From a virus: a stretch of 64,000 nt of DNA. A program made the position numbers and the translations under genes. Below the pieces are notes generated by a model. The model was not told the origin of the DNA and ran no database searches. It was given only the letters and a program-made list of their open reading frames with translations. The DNA lies in IMG/VR virus record IMGVR_UViG_3300050505_000421, positions 26,579 to 90,578 of that record; one strand, 5' to 3'. Below are positions 9,379-17,943 of this stretch, piece by piece. Every line of letters begins with the position of its first letter. The first letter of the stretch is position 1.

Positions 9379-9848
9379 GTGAAGTGATAAACCGGTTGTG
9401 CTTGAAGTGTGGTGGCAGCGGGGTGTACGGCTATGGCTCGTATGATAAGTTGTATCAACCGTACACGTGTGATCGCTGTCGTGGTTCCGGTAAGGAAGCA
9501 AATCAACTCGCGAGCGGCCAGGTCGGCCGAGAGGGAGAACTGGCAGACCAAGCTGCTGGTGTTTTCACGGGAGGCTCAGGCGCAGCCCCGTCCCAGACTA
9601 CTGCGCCTGCCTTTGATGACGAAGATGCAACGGAAGCGCAATACGAGGTGATGATCAAGTTCATTGAGGAGCTGTTGGAGGAGCGAAACGAAGCACGGAA
9701 ACTCGCGTTGCGAGTCGCGCGCTGTGGGGTTCACCACGCGTCGGACTGTGGCTACAATGAGTGCCAGCCCTGCGATTGCGCGAGCATGTGGTTCATGCGA
9801 ACAGCGGACGAAGTTCTTACCCAGCCTTGGGCCGAGTACCCTAAGTGA
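9375..9848 (+). CDS. DnaJ-type zinc-finger protein
   Basis: CLKCGGSG...CDRCRGSG. Confidence 0.65.
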   Translation: MSEVINRLCLKCGGSGVYGYGSYDKLYQPYTCDRCRGSGKEANQLASGQVGREGELADQAAGVFTGGSGAAPSQTTAPAFDDEDATEAQYEVMIKFIEELLEERNEARKLALRVARCGVHHASDCGYNECQPCDCASMWFMRTADEVLTQPWAEYPK

Positions 9849-10705
9849 AGAAGCGGACGAACGACACGATCGGCGCAGGCCAAATCTTGAACACGCTGCG
9901 CGCCGGGCCCTTCCGCGAGCCTGCCCATGCTTGGCTCTACGAAGTCCGGAACGGCACCGGGTACAATCGGAGCGAGCGGTATGCGGACGCCCTCGTGGTG
10001 TCGCTGTGGCCGTCGCGCGGCATTTGGTTCGCCGGCATCGAGGTGAAATCTCACAGATCGGACTGGCTGCGCGAACTAGACGATCCGCAGAAAGCGGCGG
10101 CCATCCAGCGCTGGTGCCACTACTGGTGGGTGGCGGCGCCGCCGGGCGTTGTGGAGGTCGCCGAAGTACCGGAGCGCTGGGGCTACTACGAGGTGGACGA
10201 ACGGAAGGCGAAGTGCGTGAAGGACGCACCACGACTGGAACCAGAGTCGTTGGACGCCGGCTTCGTGGCATCGTGCCTGCGGAACGCGGCACAGCAGCAT
10301 ATGTTCGCCAGAAATGTCGGGCGCGATGAAGGCGTCAAGAGCACCGAAGAGCGTCTTGGTGCGGCTGCGTACGGAGAGATCACGGACGAACTGAAGTCTA
10401 TGCGGGCGGAGTGGCAGCGGGCCACCTACGAACGCGATCGCGTTAAGACGGAGTTGTCGAATCTTCGTGAGAACGTTCTCCGCTTCGAGCGCGCGGCTGG
10501 AATACCGGAGGGTGAGATCGATCGCGACGGGCGATGGAGTGGTCTTGGTGGCCCGGGCCGTGCTTACAGGGCAGCGCAACTTCTCTATGAGATCGGAATC
10601 GAGAACCTTGCTATGAAGTTCTCAGCAGTCGCCGAAGCGCTGCGCGAACTTCCCGACACCGATAAGCAGGAGACCGCAGAAGTACAAAGAGGGGAAGGGG
10701 CGTGA
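9845..10705 (+). CDS. MmcB-like PD-(D/E)xK nuclease
   Basis: RYADALVV...GIEVKSHRSDWLREL...YWWVAAP. Confidence 0.75.
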   Translation: MKKRTNDTIGAGQILNTLRAGPFREPAHAWLYEVRNGTGYNRSERYADALVVSLWPSRGIWFAGIEVKSHRSDWLRELDDPQKAAAIQRWCHYWWVAAPPGVVEVAEVPERWGYYEVDERKAKCVKDAPRLEPESLDAGFVASCLRNAAQQHMFARNVGRDEGVKSTEERLGAAAYGEITDELKSMRAEWQRATYERDRVKTELSNLRENVLRFERAAGIPEGEIDRDGRWSGLGGPGRAYRAAQLLYEIGIENLAMKFSAVAEALRELPDTDKQETAEVQRGEGA

Positions 10706-10848
10706 AGCGAAAGAAGCGTCGCACCACGTCCGTCTCGGCGATCTTGCTCGCCCTAGCACTTGGGTGGGGCGTCGGTTGGTTCACGTGGTGGATCGTCGCG
10801 CACCCGAACATCGCGGCCAATCCCGGTGCTGGAATCGGCGTTCGATGA
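10702..10848 (+). CDS. small single-pass membrane protein (48 aa)
   Basis: MKRKKRR basic N-terminus plus hydrophobic helix; GTGA and ATGA overlaps; below ORF-track cutoff. Confidence 0.55.
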   Translation: MKRKKRRTTSVSAILLALALGWGVGWFTWWIVAHPNIAANPGAGIGVR

Positions 10849-11075
10849 AGCGCACTCTGTGGAAGCCGGGGTACTACCCGGTGCAGAAAAACACCCGTGA
10901 TTGCAAGCGCAAGTACTTCCGGGGCGGCTATTACGAATGTCGTCTGCGTGCTCATCGCGTCAACGGCCGCCTATGTAGACACCCCGACTGCTTTGGCATA
11001 TGCGGGAAGATGCACAAGACCATGGCTCTAGCACGCAAGCACTGTGTTGTTCTCAATCGGGAAGGACAGGAGTAG
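10845..11075 (+). CDS. hypothetical basic Cys-rich protein
   Basis: ATGA overlap. Confidence 0.5.
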   Translation: MKRTLWKPGYYPVQKNTRDCKRKYFRGGYYECRLRAHRVNGRLCRHPDCFGICGKMHKTMALARKHCVVLNREGQE

Positions 11076-11079
11076 AAGC

Positions 11080-11379
11080 ATGGGATTCACAATGGAAGAG
11101 GGGATGGTTAGGGCTGATCGGTTCAAGGAGAGCGGGAAGTGGTATGACACGTTCGCTCTCCCGATGCGTGGATTCCACGACAAGCCTGTGATCCATGAAG
11201 CCGTGCACGCGGCGTTGAACTCCATGCGTATTGCGGATACAGACCGAGGATTCCCGCACGCAGCGGAGGGCTGGTTCGTGGTTGTGCTTGATCCATATCA
11301 CCACAATTCACACCCGATCGTCGCGTGGGGACGCAAGGATGGGACTTGGGGTTATCGCGACGAGGAGAACTCGCGATGA
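11080..11379 (+). CDS. hypothetical protein
   Basis: AGGAG RBS. Confidence 0.6.
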   Translation: MGFTMEEGMVRADRFKESGKWYDTFALPMRGFHDKPVIHEAVHAALNSMRIADTDRGFPHAAEGWFVVVLDPYHHNSHPIVAWGRKDGTWGYRDEENSR

Positions 11380-11485
11380 TCGCCGATTGGATCAACAACT
11401 GGCACGACGTGATTGAAGGAGCTCTACTGCTCTCGATCGCATTCGGCCTGGCCTGCATGGCGTACGGGTCGACGAGGAGGATGAA

Positions 11486-11716
11486 GTGATGGATGAAACC
11501 AAGTGCAACCACGGCGTCACGTTCGACCTCGAGGCCGCCAAGAAGCTCGAGGGTGATTGGCTACCCAAGACACCTGTGGAATTCGTCATGGGCAATCCAG
11601 CCCGTACGGAGATCCGCAAGCGCTGGCCGCGCCTTTCTGGTTTGTGCCCGCTCGGTTGTGGGTACAACGGCATCTACTACGCGAGCTACGAACACTACAT
11701 CTTCGGGGACTGGTGA
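11486..11716 (+). CDS. hypothetical phage protein
   Basis: GAGGAGG RBS; CNHG...CPLGCGYNG. Confidence 0.65.
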   Translation: MMDETKCNHGVTFDLEAAKKLEGDWLPKTPVEFVMGNPARTEIRKRWPRLSGLCPLGCGYNGIYYASYEHYIFGDW

Positions 11717-11970
11717 TGAAAACCCTGTCGCAATTCGACATCGACCCTTGGACGATCATCACCGTGGACGGAAAGGTTCCGTCCAGTCCGAACGGCGCAA
11801 TCCACTGGGTCAATGGCCAGGAGGCAGCTGAAGTCGAAGCCAAGCAGTGGGGGGCTCTCCCTGTCTCCATCGCGCTTCTCGAAGCCTTCTATGCTGTGTG
11901 GTTGGAGACTGGTGACTACCAGCTAACGGCCGAAGAACCGAGTGAGACCAAGCACAAGGAAGAGAAGTGA
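11716..11970 (+). CDS. hypothetical protein
   Basis: TGATG overlap; ends inside motif B. Confidence 0.55.
   Translation: MKTLSQFDIDPWTIITVDGKVPSSPNGAIHWVNGQEAAEVEAKQWGALPVSIALLEAFYAVWLETGDYQLTAEEPSETKHKEEK
11949..11965 (-). repeat. 17-bp element B (2 mismatches)
   Basis: CAAGCACAAGGAAGAGA, 1 nt before GTG 11967. Confidence 0.9.
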
Positions 11971-12578
11971 CCTACCTCGAGATTGGCTTCGTGGCCGGCG
12001 GGGTGTTCTGGCTGGTCTGGAGCGTCGTCTACTTCTATCGCGCCCTGGTCTACAGCCCCTTCCCCCCGTCCCAACCGCTGGTGCGCCGCGTCGACCCTCA
12101 CCTCGAGATGCAGGACAACACGCCGACCGGCGGGAGTCCCTACCGCACGCCGCCTCCGCAGGCCCGCGACGAGACGCGGTTTCCCAAGAAGCCCTGTCGC
12201 CGGCGCTACTGGCTCTTCGGCCAGCGCCTCCACCAGTGGCATCAAGTGGTACACGATCACTGGAACATGTGGTGTTGGGACTGCGGTGTCACGGGCTACG
12301 CCAACCACACGCGACAGCACCGCAACTACCCACCCGAAGTTAGTGAAGGATCCACCATTGGATACGTGTTGGGTGTGGTCTCTTGGCGCTACGACGGCCC
12401 GCCACTCTGCTGTCGCAACTGCCGAGCTCTACACCGGGCGCCCGTCCTGCACGGCTGTCGTCCAGACTACGAGATCGCTGCTGTAAGCAGCTACCTATGC
12501 GTCTGCGGAAACAGGGACTGCACCGAATCCAACCCAGTCGCCCCGGTGCGGTTCCCCTGGGACACCTACTACAAATAG
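11967..12578 (+). CDS. membrane-anchored Cys/His-rich protein
   Basis: N-terminal TM, CWDC, CCRNC, CVC; bracketed by motif B and motif A. Confidence 0.7.
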   Translation: MTYLEIGFVAGGVFWLVWSVVYFYRALVYSPFPPSQPLVRRVDPHLEMQDNTPTGGSPYRTPPPQARDETRFPKKPCRRRYWLFGQRLHQWHQVVHDHWNMWCWDCGVTGYANHTRQHRNYPPEVSEGSTIGYVLGVVSWRYDGPPLCCRNCRALHRAPVLHGCRPDYEIAAVSSYLCVCGNRDCTESNPVAPVRFPWDTYYK

Positions 12579-12585
12579 GCACCAC

Positions 12586-12602
12586 TTTCTTCCTTGTGTT
12601 TG
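12586..12602 (+). repeat. 17-bp element A (1 mismatch)
   Basis: 7 nt after stop 12578. Confidence 0.95.
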
Positions 12603-12644
12603 ACTTGATCGTGCGTAGGATGTCTACAGAGGATGGGTTAAACC

Positions 12645-12881
12645 ATGAACAAGTTGACCTGGACGAATGCGCGCCCGACAACTCCCGGATTGTACTGGCT
12701 TCTCGAGCCGGAGAAGGAACCGACCGTCGTGAAGATTGCGCCGACCTCCACTCGGTCTTCCGGCGGTGAACTTCTTCTCGCCGTTCAACGTCTTGGCGGA
12801 TCGGTTGTGTTGCTCTCGACCTTCGACGAAAACGTCAAGTGGACACAGGCGCTGGCCGCTCCCGGCGTGGAGGACGCATGA
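12645..12881 (+). CDS. hypothetical protein
   Basis: WTNARPTTPGLYW motif common in phage proteins. Confidence 0.6.
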   Translation: MNKLTWTNARPTTPGLYWLLEPEKEPTVVKIAPTSTRSSGGELLLAVQRLGGSVVLLSTFDENVKWTQALAAPGVEDA

Positions 12882-13354
12882 GTGTCGAGGTGACGCAAGG
12901 TGATATCGTCGAGGCCCACGATCCCATCAAGGTGCTGTGCGAGTTACTGCGGGATTACGTCGACGTAGACGTGACCGTGAACTTTGTCGGCAACGCAACC
13001 GCCGGCCTACGGTTCGAGCAGCCATCGGCGGTAGAAACAGGCAAGCCGGATACCATCGTCCTTCACTGCGGCGGGGGGAGTGCCTTCACTCTGGAAGGGG
13101 CACTCGAGGACCTCCGCCAGGTGATTCGTAACGGGGCCGCTGAGATCTTGGCGCCGGGGGACTTTGAGGCGGAGCGCGCTGCGCAGGGGGAACTTGCCTC
13201 TGTAAAAGAGGAGCTCCAAGCGCTGAGCGATGACATCCGGCGGATTCGGCTGAACCTGAAAGAGGACAAGCCTCTCAAGCGCGAGGATCTGGAACGCCTG
13301 GAGGCGTTGGGGGATACGATCGATCGCCTCTCGGGGTACGCGGTGGCTGAATGA
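12878..13354 (+). CDS. hypothetical protein
   Basis: GGAGG RBS, ATGA overlaps. Confidence 0.65.
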   Translation: MSVEVTQGDIVEAHDPIKVLCELLRDYVDVDVTVNFVGNATAGLRFEQPSAVETGKPDTIVLHCGGGSAFTLEGALEDLRQVIRNGAAEILAPGDFEAERAAQGELASVKEELQALSDDIRRIRLNLKEDKPLKREDLERLEALGDTIDRLSGYAVAE

Positions 13355-13596
13355 TCAGGGAGTACCTGCGCGATTGCGACGACACGCCGTGCCTCGGCTT
13401 CGAGTTGATCGGGCGGGGACACATGCACTGCGCGCTCTGCGATGACGAGCCGGTGCGTGTTCAGCACGTTCACTGTCCGCGATGCAATTCGGCGCCGATC
13501 GATCACGATGTGTTGAACTTTGATCGGCTGTGGCGGGAGATCGACGTTATCTGTCGTGTTTGCCAGACACTTGTCCGCTCATCTGAAACAGGTTGA
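13351..13596 (+). CDS. small zinc-finger protein
   Basis: CALC, CPRC, CRVC. Confidence 0.6.
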   Translation: MIREYLRDCDDTPCLGFELIGRGHMHCALCDDEPVRVQHVHCPRCNSAPIDHDVLNFDRLWREIDVICRVCQTLVRSSETG

Positions 13597-13602
13597 GGGT
13601 TG

Positions 13603-13806
13603 ATGGACACACAGGCAAAAGCGCTCGCTGAGGCGGTGCTGAAGTGGCACGAGGCGCGGACGAAGGCGTTGAAGTCTCAACCACGAGGACACCCGGCCGC
13701 ACCACCGGTTCTGTCGGCGCACATGACAACGGAGTACCGAGCCGAGATCGAGTACAGGCGTGTTGCGGTAGAGCTCGCGCAACAAATTTTGGAGGCGGCT
13801 GAATGA
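13603..13806 (+). CDS. hypothetical protein
   Basis: GAGG RBS; ATGA overlap downstream. Confidence 0.55.
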   Translation: MDTQAKALAEAVLKWHEARTKALKSQPRGHPAAPPVLSAHMTTEYRAEIEYRRVAVELAQQILEAAE

Positions 13807-14057
13807 TCCTCGCTTGGCTTCGTCGGCGTTGCTGGTTCGGCTTGCGGCACGAGGGTCCTTGGCGCGACGTCAGCCTCGTCTACACGCAGTACCGTGGCGT
13901 GAACACGTGGCATCCGGCACAGCGCTGCGCGACCTGCTACAAGGAGCGGATCGACCGCACGCGCTTCTGCTATCCGCAGGTGCCGACGCCGAAGAGTTCT
14001 CCACAGCCGCCCCCCGTACCGAAACCATTTGTGCCTCCGGGGCAAAGGCCGAACTAA
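13803..14057 (+). CDS. hypothetical protein, Pro-rich C-terminus
   Basis: CWFGLRH...CATC. Confidence 0.55.
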   Translation: MILAWLRRRCWFGLRHEGPWRDVSLVYTQYRGVNTWHPAQRCATCYKERIDRTRFCYPQVPTPKSSPQPPPVPKPFVPPGQRPN

Positions 14058-14332
14058 TGACCGTCTACGTCGACCAGCCCATTCATAAGTTCGGGCGAAT
14101 GATCATGTGCCATTTGATCGCGGACTCCACGGAGGAACTCCTCGCGATGGTGGACCTGATCGGCGTTGCGCGTCAGTGGATTCAGAAGCAGGGCCAACCC
14201 GAAGAGCACTTCGACATCGCCAAGAGCAAACGCGCTTTGGCCCTGGCGAATGGTGCCGTCGAAGCCGACAGAGAGACGATCGTCGCCGTCATTCGAAGGA
14301 AGCGCGCCGTTACACAAACAACAGCCCGGTAG
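14057..14332 (+). CDS. DUF4031 family protein
   Basis: MTVYVD...MCHLIADSTEEL...WIQ...EHFDI...ALANGA. Confidence 0.85.
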   Translation: MTVYVDQPIHKFGRMIMCHLIADSTEELLAMVDLIGVARQWIQKQGQPEEHFDIAKSKRALALANGAVEADRETIVAVIRRKRAVTQTTAR

Positions 14333-14361
14333 TCGGGTAGTTCAACAACGAGGAGAACGAG

Positions 14362-14814
14362 ATGAAGACCGAGACGCTGAAGGAATTGCAGGTGGTAGCG
14401 AACGATCTAGTGCAACGCATCGCCACGATCATCGACACAACGCGGGTCGCTGAGTTCAAGAACATCGTCGACAAGACGTTCGCGTTGGAAGGGACGAACG
14501 CCGTCGTCGCCAGGGTCGACACCAATGGCGCGAAGAAGACGAAGGCGCCGACCGCCAACGGGAAGCGCGGGCGTCCGGCGTCGAAGGACTACGAGGGCCT
14601 TCTGCCGGGGCTGGCTGTGATGCTGATCCGGGCAGGGGAGAACGGCCTTGAGCCGGGCGCCATGGGCAAGGTGTTCCACATGACCCTCGGGCAGCGGCAG
14701 GCCTTCGTACGCCTGGCAACAACGCGTGGTGTTCTTCGTTCAACGGGCGCCAAGCGTGGCACGCGCTACTTCCCGGGACCCGGCGCCAAGGCGCGCGCCA
14801 AGGAAGCATCCTAA
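14362..14814 (+). CDS. putative nucleoid-associated/DNA-binding protein
   Basis: KRGRP AT-hook-like segment, C-terminal winged-helix-like LRSTGAKRGTRYF; GAGGAG RBS. Confidence 0.6.
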   Translation: MKTETLKELQVVANDLVQRIATIIDTTRVAEFKNIVDKTFALEGTNAVVARVDTNGAKKTKAPTANGKRGRPASKDYEGLLPGLAVMLIRAGENGLEPGAMGKVFHMTLGQRQAFVRLATTRGVLRSTGAKRGTRYFPGPGAKARAKEAS

Positions 14815-14831
14815 CTTCTTCCTTGTGTTTG
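14815..14831 (+). repeat. 17-bp element A (exact)
   Basis: Immediately after stop 14814. Confidence 0.95.
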
Positions 14832-14844
14832 ACCGAAAGGAAAC

Positions 14845-15060
14845 GTGATGGAAGGTCACAAGAAGAAGTTCGCTAGTCTCACTCCGCGGGAGAAACAGAT
14901 CGTGGTGGCGATAGTGGACGGGAAGGCCACGAATCTGATCGCAGAGCAGTTGGGTGTCAGCGTGCAGACGGTGCGGACGCACGTGCAAAACACCTTCCGC
15001 AAGCTGGCGATGCACTCGCGGCTCGAGCTCGTCGCTGCGTGGCATCGGGCTCGCCCGTAG
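14845..15060 (+). CDS. LuxR/GerE-type HTH regulator
   Basis: LTPREKQIV...G..TNLIAEQLGVSVQTVRTHVQNTFRKL..HSRLELV. Confidence 0.9.
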   Translation: MMEGHKKKFASLTPREKQIVVAIVDGKATNLIAEQLGVSVQTVRTHVQNTFRKLAMHSRLELVAAWHRARP

Positions 15061-15066
15061 GCGGCT

Positions 15067-15363
15067 GTGATGAAGAAGACGAAGAAAACGAAGAAGCGGA
15101 AGACGCCGAAGGCGACGGGCTTCCATCGACTGCGCGACGCGACGATCGCGGTCAATCGCAAGAAGAGTTCCTTCATGAAGCCATTCGGCAGTCGAATCTT
15201 CACGCCGCTGGAGCCGGGGCCTGCGGGTAAGGCCAATCCCGTGCGCATCCCGCAGGTCGTAGAGCGCAAGGTCGTCAAGGAGACGCAAGTAGCGCTGCGA
15301 CCGGGCCCTCGTCCGCTAGAACCATCTGCTCCGCGACCGCGCGGGAACATTCTAGAAGTGTGA
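15067..15363 (+). CDS. hypothetical basic protein
   Basis: Lys/Arg-rich ORF filling gap. Confidence 0.5.
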   Translation: MMKKTKKTKKRKTPKATGFHRLRDATIAVNRKKSSFMKPFGSRIFTPLEPGPAGKANPVRIPQVVERKVVKETQVALRPGPRPLEPSAPRPRGNILEV

Positions 15364-15376
15364 TGGCTACTGAAAG

Positions 15377-15405
15377 TGGACAAGGCGAGGGGTTGCGCCT
15401 AACGT
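15377..15405 (+). promoter_or_regulatory. putative sigma70-like promoter
   Basis: TGGACA-N17-TAACGT in an intergenic gap. Confidence 0.4.
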
Positions 15406-15430
15406 CCACTGCATCAACAGGGAGGCCTTG

Positions 15431-15709
15431 ATGGCTAAGGGAACGGTATCGATAACCTACGAGAAGATGGAGCAGGTTCTACTGGAACTGAAGGCGATGG
15501 ATAAGCAGTACACAACGCTATCAGACAGAGAACTCGCACACATCCTCGAAGCCGACATGTTGAAGCGCACGCAGGTGCTCTCACTCGAGTACGTGCTGTG
15601 GTCCCAGGTGATCTGGCGGCTCCTGCGCAGTGCGGGCGGGCCTGGTGTGGTCGTGCCCCCGGAAGGAAGCACGGCGAGCAGTGAAGCGGAGATAGAGCAC
15701 GAATCGTGA
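15431..15709 (+). CDS. hypothetical protein
   Basis: GGAGG RBS. Confidence 0.6.
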   Translation: MAKGTVSITYEKMEQVLLELKAMDKQYTTLSDRELAHILEADMLKRTQVLSLEYVLWSQVIWRLLRSAGGPGVVVPPEGSTASSEAEIEHES

Positions 15710-15900
15710 CCGCGATCGAGACGGCCTACGAACTGCAGCACGGCCAAGCCTCGCCGCGCGTGGTGTTCGAGGCTTGGTGCATCGCGGCGCGCCAAGCGGT
15801 CTCTGTGTATGACAAGGAAGTCTGTGTCGACCACGCGCGGCGCTATGCGCGGTACATGCTGGGGTGGGAGCGGTTTCACGAACGGATGACCCATGAGTGA
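15706..15900 (+). CDS. hypothetical protein
   Basis: Overlaps both neighbours. Confidence 0.55.
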   Translation: MTAIETAYELQHGQASPRVVFEAWCIAARQAVSVYDKEVCVDHARRYARYMLGWERFHERMTHE

Positions 15901-16594
15901 TGACGATCGCAACCCAGCCTTGTTCCTGCCGTTTGCCCTCGCGTCGGACGCGTCTGGACTGACGTCCGGGCGTTTGATTCGCATGGCCAAGCGCGGGTCG
16001 ATTACCACCCGTATGTTCGGGCCTGTAAGTTACGTCTACTGGCCAACCGTGGTCGCGGCGTTGCCGCCCCTAGTCGTGAAGATCCTGGAACTCTCCGCGC
16101 TCGTCCTTCCGGCGCGACGTACACACGCAGAACTACTGCAACTTCTGCACGGCAAGGGCTTCGTGGACATCACAGCGGCGCGCAGCGCGGTCGGCGCAGG
16201 GCGGAGTTCATTCTACCGCTGGATCAAGACGGGTAAGATCGCGATGTTCCGCCTCGACCGGAAGATCTTCCTGAAGTGGTCGGAGCTTCTGAAGGTTCTG
16301 GGCGCGTTCGCGGAGATCACGCACCTGGACCCCAAGAAACCGCCTGTGCCCAAGATCTTCGGCGCCGCTCGCCAACCGCAGGGCCCTCGTCTGATGCCGG
16401 GCTCCCTCATCGCCAAGCGGCTGCGTGCGGAAGGCTTCGTCTCCGTGCGTGAGGCCGCGCGGGAAATCGGGCTGGGTGAACACGTCCTGCGGAAGCTCGT
16501 GACAAAGGGCGAGGACGGGATTCGGTCTCGTCGCTGGGGCTCCTCTGTTCTGGTCAACCTGGAGTCCGTGCAACGGCTCGTTCAGGGCAAGTAG
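15893..16594 (+). CDS. triple Xis/MerR-like HTH DNA-binding protein
   Basis: Three units: LIRMAKRGSI, ITAARSAVGAGRSSFYRWIKTGKI, SVREAAREIGLGEHVLRKLV. Confidence 0.7.
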   Translation: MSDDDRNPALFLPFALASDASGLTSGRLIRMAKRGSITTRMFGPVSYVYWPTVVAALPPLVVKILELSALVLPARRTHAELLQLLHGKGFVDITAARSAVGAGRSSFYRWIKTGKIAMFRLDRKIFLKWSELLKVLGAFAEITHLDPKKPPVPKIFGAARQPQGPRLMPGSLIAKRLRAEGFVSVREAAREIGLGEHVLRKLVTKGEDGIRSRRWGSSVLVNLESVQRLVQGK

Positions 16595-16597
16595 TAA

Positions 16598-16614
16598 CTT
16601 CTTCCTTGTGCTTG
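16598..16614 (+). repeat. 17-bp element A (exact, C variant)
   Basis: 3 nt after stop 16594. Confidence 0.95.
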
Positions 16615-16646
16615 GTTGTACAAGGAGATGAGGCTCGACGAGAAGG

Positions 16647-16663
16647 CAAACACAAGGAGAGAG
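16647..16663 (-). repeat. 17-bp element B (3 mismatches)
   Basis: CAAACACAAGGAGAGAG, 4 nt before ATG 16668. Confidence 0.85.
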
Positions 16664-16667
16664 ACGG

Positions 16668-16856
16668 ATGGCGACGAAGGGGAAGGGCGGGAAGACGAAG
16701 GCAAAGGCTCGTACGAAGAACCGCAAGCAGTCGTGTGGCGTGTGCAACAAGGCGGGGCACAATTCGAGGCGCTGTCCAACGCGTAGCGCCCCGGCGAGTG
16801 TCACTGTGGAAGCGGACTACGACACTTCGTTCTTGTTTGATGATGACGACTTCTAG
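16668..16856 (+). CDS. basic CCHC zinc-knuckle protein
   Basis: CGVCNKAGHNSRRC = CX2CX4HX4C; Lys-rich N-terminus, acidic C-terminus. Confidence 0.75.
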   Translation: MATKGKGGKTKAKARTKNRKQSCGVCNKAGHNSRRCPTRSAPASVTVEADYDTSFLFDDDDF

Positions 16857-16870
16857 ATGTGGAGGCTGTG

Positions 16871-17155
16871 ATGATCGACAGGTCGCGGGGTCTGCGCGCT
16901 GGTGATATCGTCAAGCACACGGATACCGGCGAGCACTGGATACTCGCCTACGCACGAACCGATGGAACGATCTCTTGGTTCGGTTGGCCGGAGGGCGTGG
17001 CACAGGCGGACGATGTTGAACTCGTCAAGGCTGCAACTGATGAAGAGCATTTGTCGGCCCTGCATGATTGGGCGGACAAGAACTGGCACGACCATCGCTG
17101 CGTGGAAGCGCGAAGGCAACTGGCCGATTTGACGCACGACGAGCCCAAGGATTGA
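16871..17155 (+). CDS. hypothetical phage protein
   Basis: GGAGG RBS; GDIVKH..TGEHW...SWFGWPEG. Confidence 0.65.
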   Translation: MIDRSRGLRAGDIVKHTDTGEHWILAYARTDGTISWFGWPEGVAQADDVELVKAATDEEHLSALHDWADKNWHDHRCVEARRQLADLTHDEPKD

Positions 17156-17157
17156 GT

Positions 17158-17943
17158 GTGGGTGACCTGTTGTACTTCAAGCCATTGCCACGCCGGCGCC
17201 CGCCGATGAGTTCGCTCAGTCGGGCCCTGCTCGTTTGGGTCGTGCTGATCGGTGGCATGGCCGTCGTGATGCTGTGGTACCGGTGCTCGCGCGATACAGC
17301 CTGCCCGTCTGTGAACGGAGGTTCCAGTTGCCCCGCGTCGTTGATCATTGTCCCGCGTGCGACCACGACCACAACGGCTTCTGCCGGGGTCCTGGTGACA
17401 TCGTACTCTCCGGTGTGGATCGAGACGGCAAGCAACTCGTCATCGGCGTCTGCGGTTGTAGACTCGTCGCGATCTCGCTTGATTTCGTCGTTGACCGGCG
17501 CATTGCTTCGGACGAAGAGGGTGGAGGGACCTGAAGCTGCGCGCCTCGCAACGCTCTTCGTTTCTGTTGCGGTGCCGCGCGTCGATGCGTGGTTACTGGC
17601 CGCCTTCGCGTGGGTCGAGTCTGGGTTTCGTCCTTGGGCTGTTGAGGGTGACAAAGGTGTACGGGGCCACACGGGCGGGCCGGGCCTGGGTCTGTATCAG
17701 CACCACGTGCGTTGGTATGACCCAGAGTGTTCCTTCGACGTGGTCTGTGCTTCACGGGCAGAAGTGGTGGAGGAACTGCGTTGGGCCCGCTGGCACGCAA
17801 CGCATTGTCGAGGGTTGAAACCACATGATGTACTCGCGCACCACTTTGGTGGCGTGCGTGTTGAATCGAACGAATCCGCAATTGTGTCCGCAGCCAAGGT
17901 GCGCGCTGCACGGCGATGGCTCTTGCACAGAGGTGAGATGTGA
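17158..17943 (+). CDS. membrane-anchored lytic transglycosylase (SLT-like)
   Basis: TM helix, Ser/Thr linker, AWVESGFRPWAV...GLGLYQ; start uncertain. Confidence 0.65.
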   Translation: MGDLLYFKPLPRRRPPMSSLSRALLVWVVLIGGMAVVMLWYRCSRDTACPSVNGGSSCPASLIIVPRATTTTTASAGVLVTSYSPVWIETASNSSSASAVVDSSRSRLISSLTGALLRTKRVEGPEAARLATLFVSVAVPRVDAWLLAAFAWVESGFRPWAVEGDKGVRGHTGGPGLGLYQHHVRWYDPECSFDVVCASRAEVVEELRWARWHATHCRGLKPHDVLAHHFGGVRVESNESAIVSAAKVRAARRWLLHRGEM

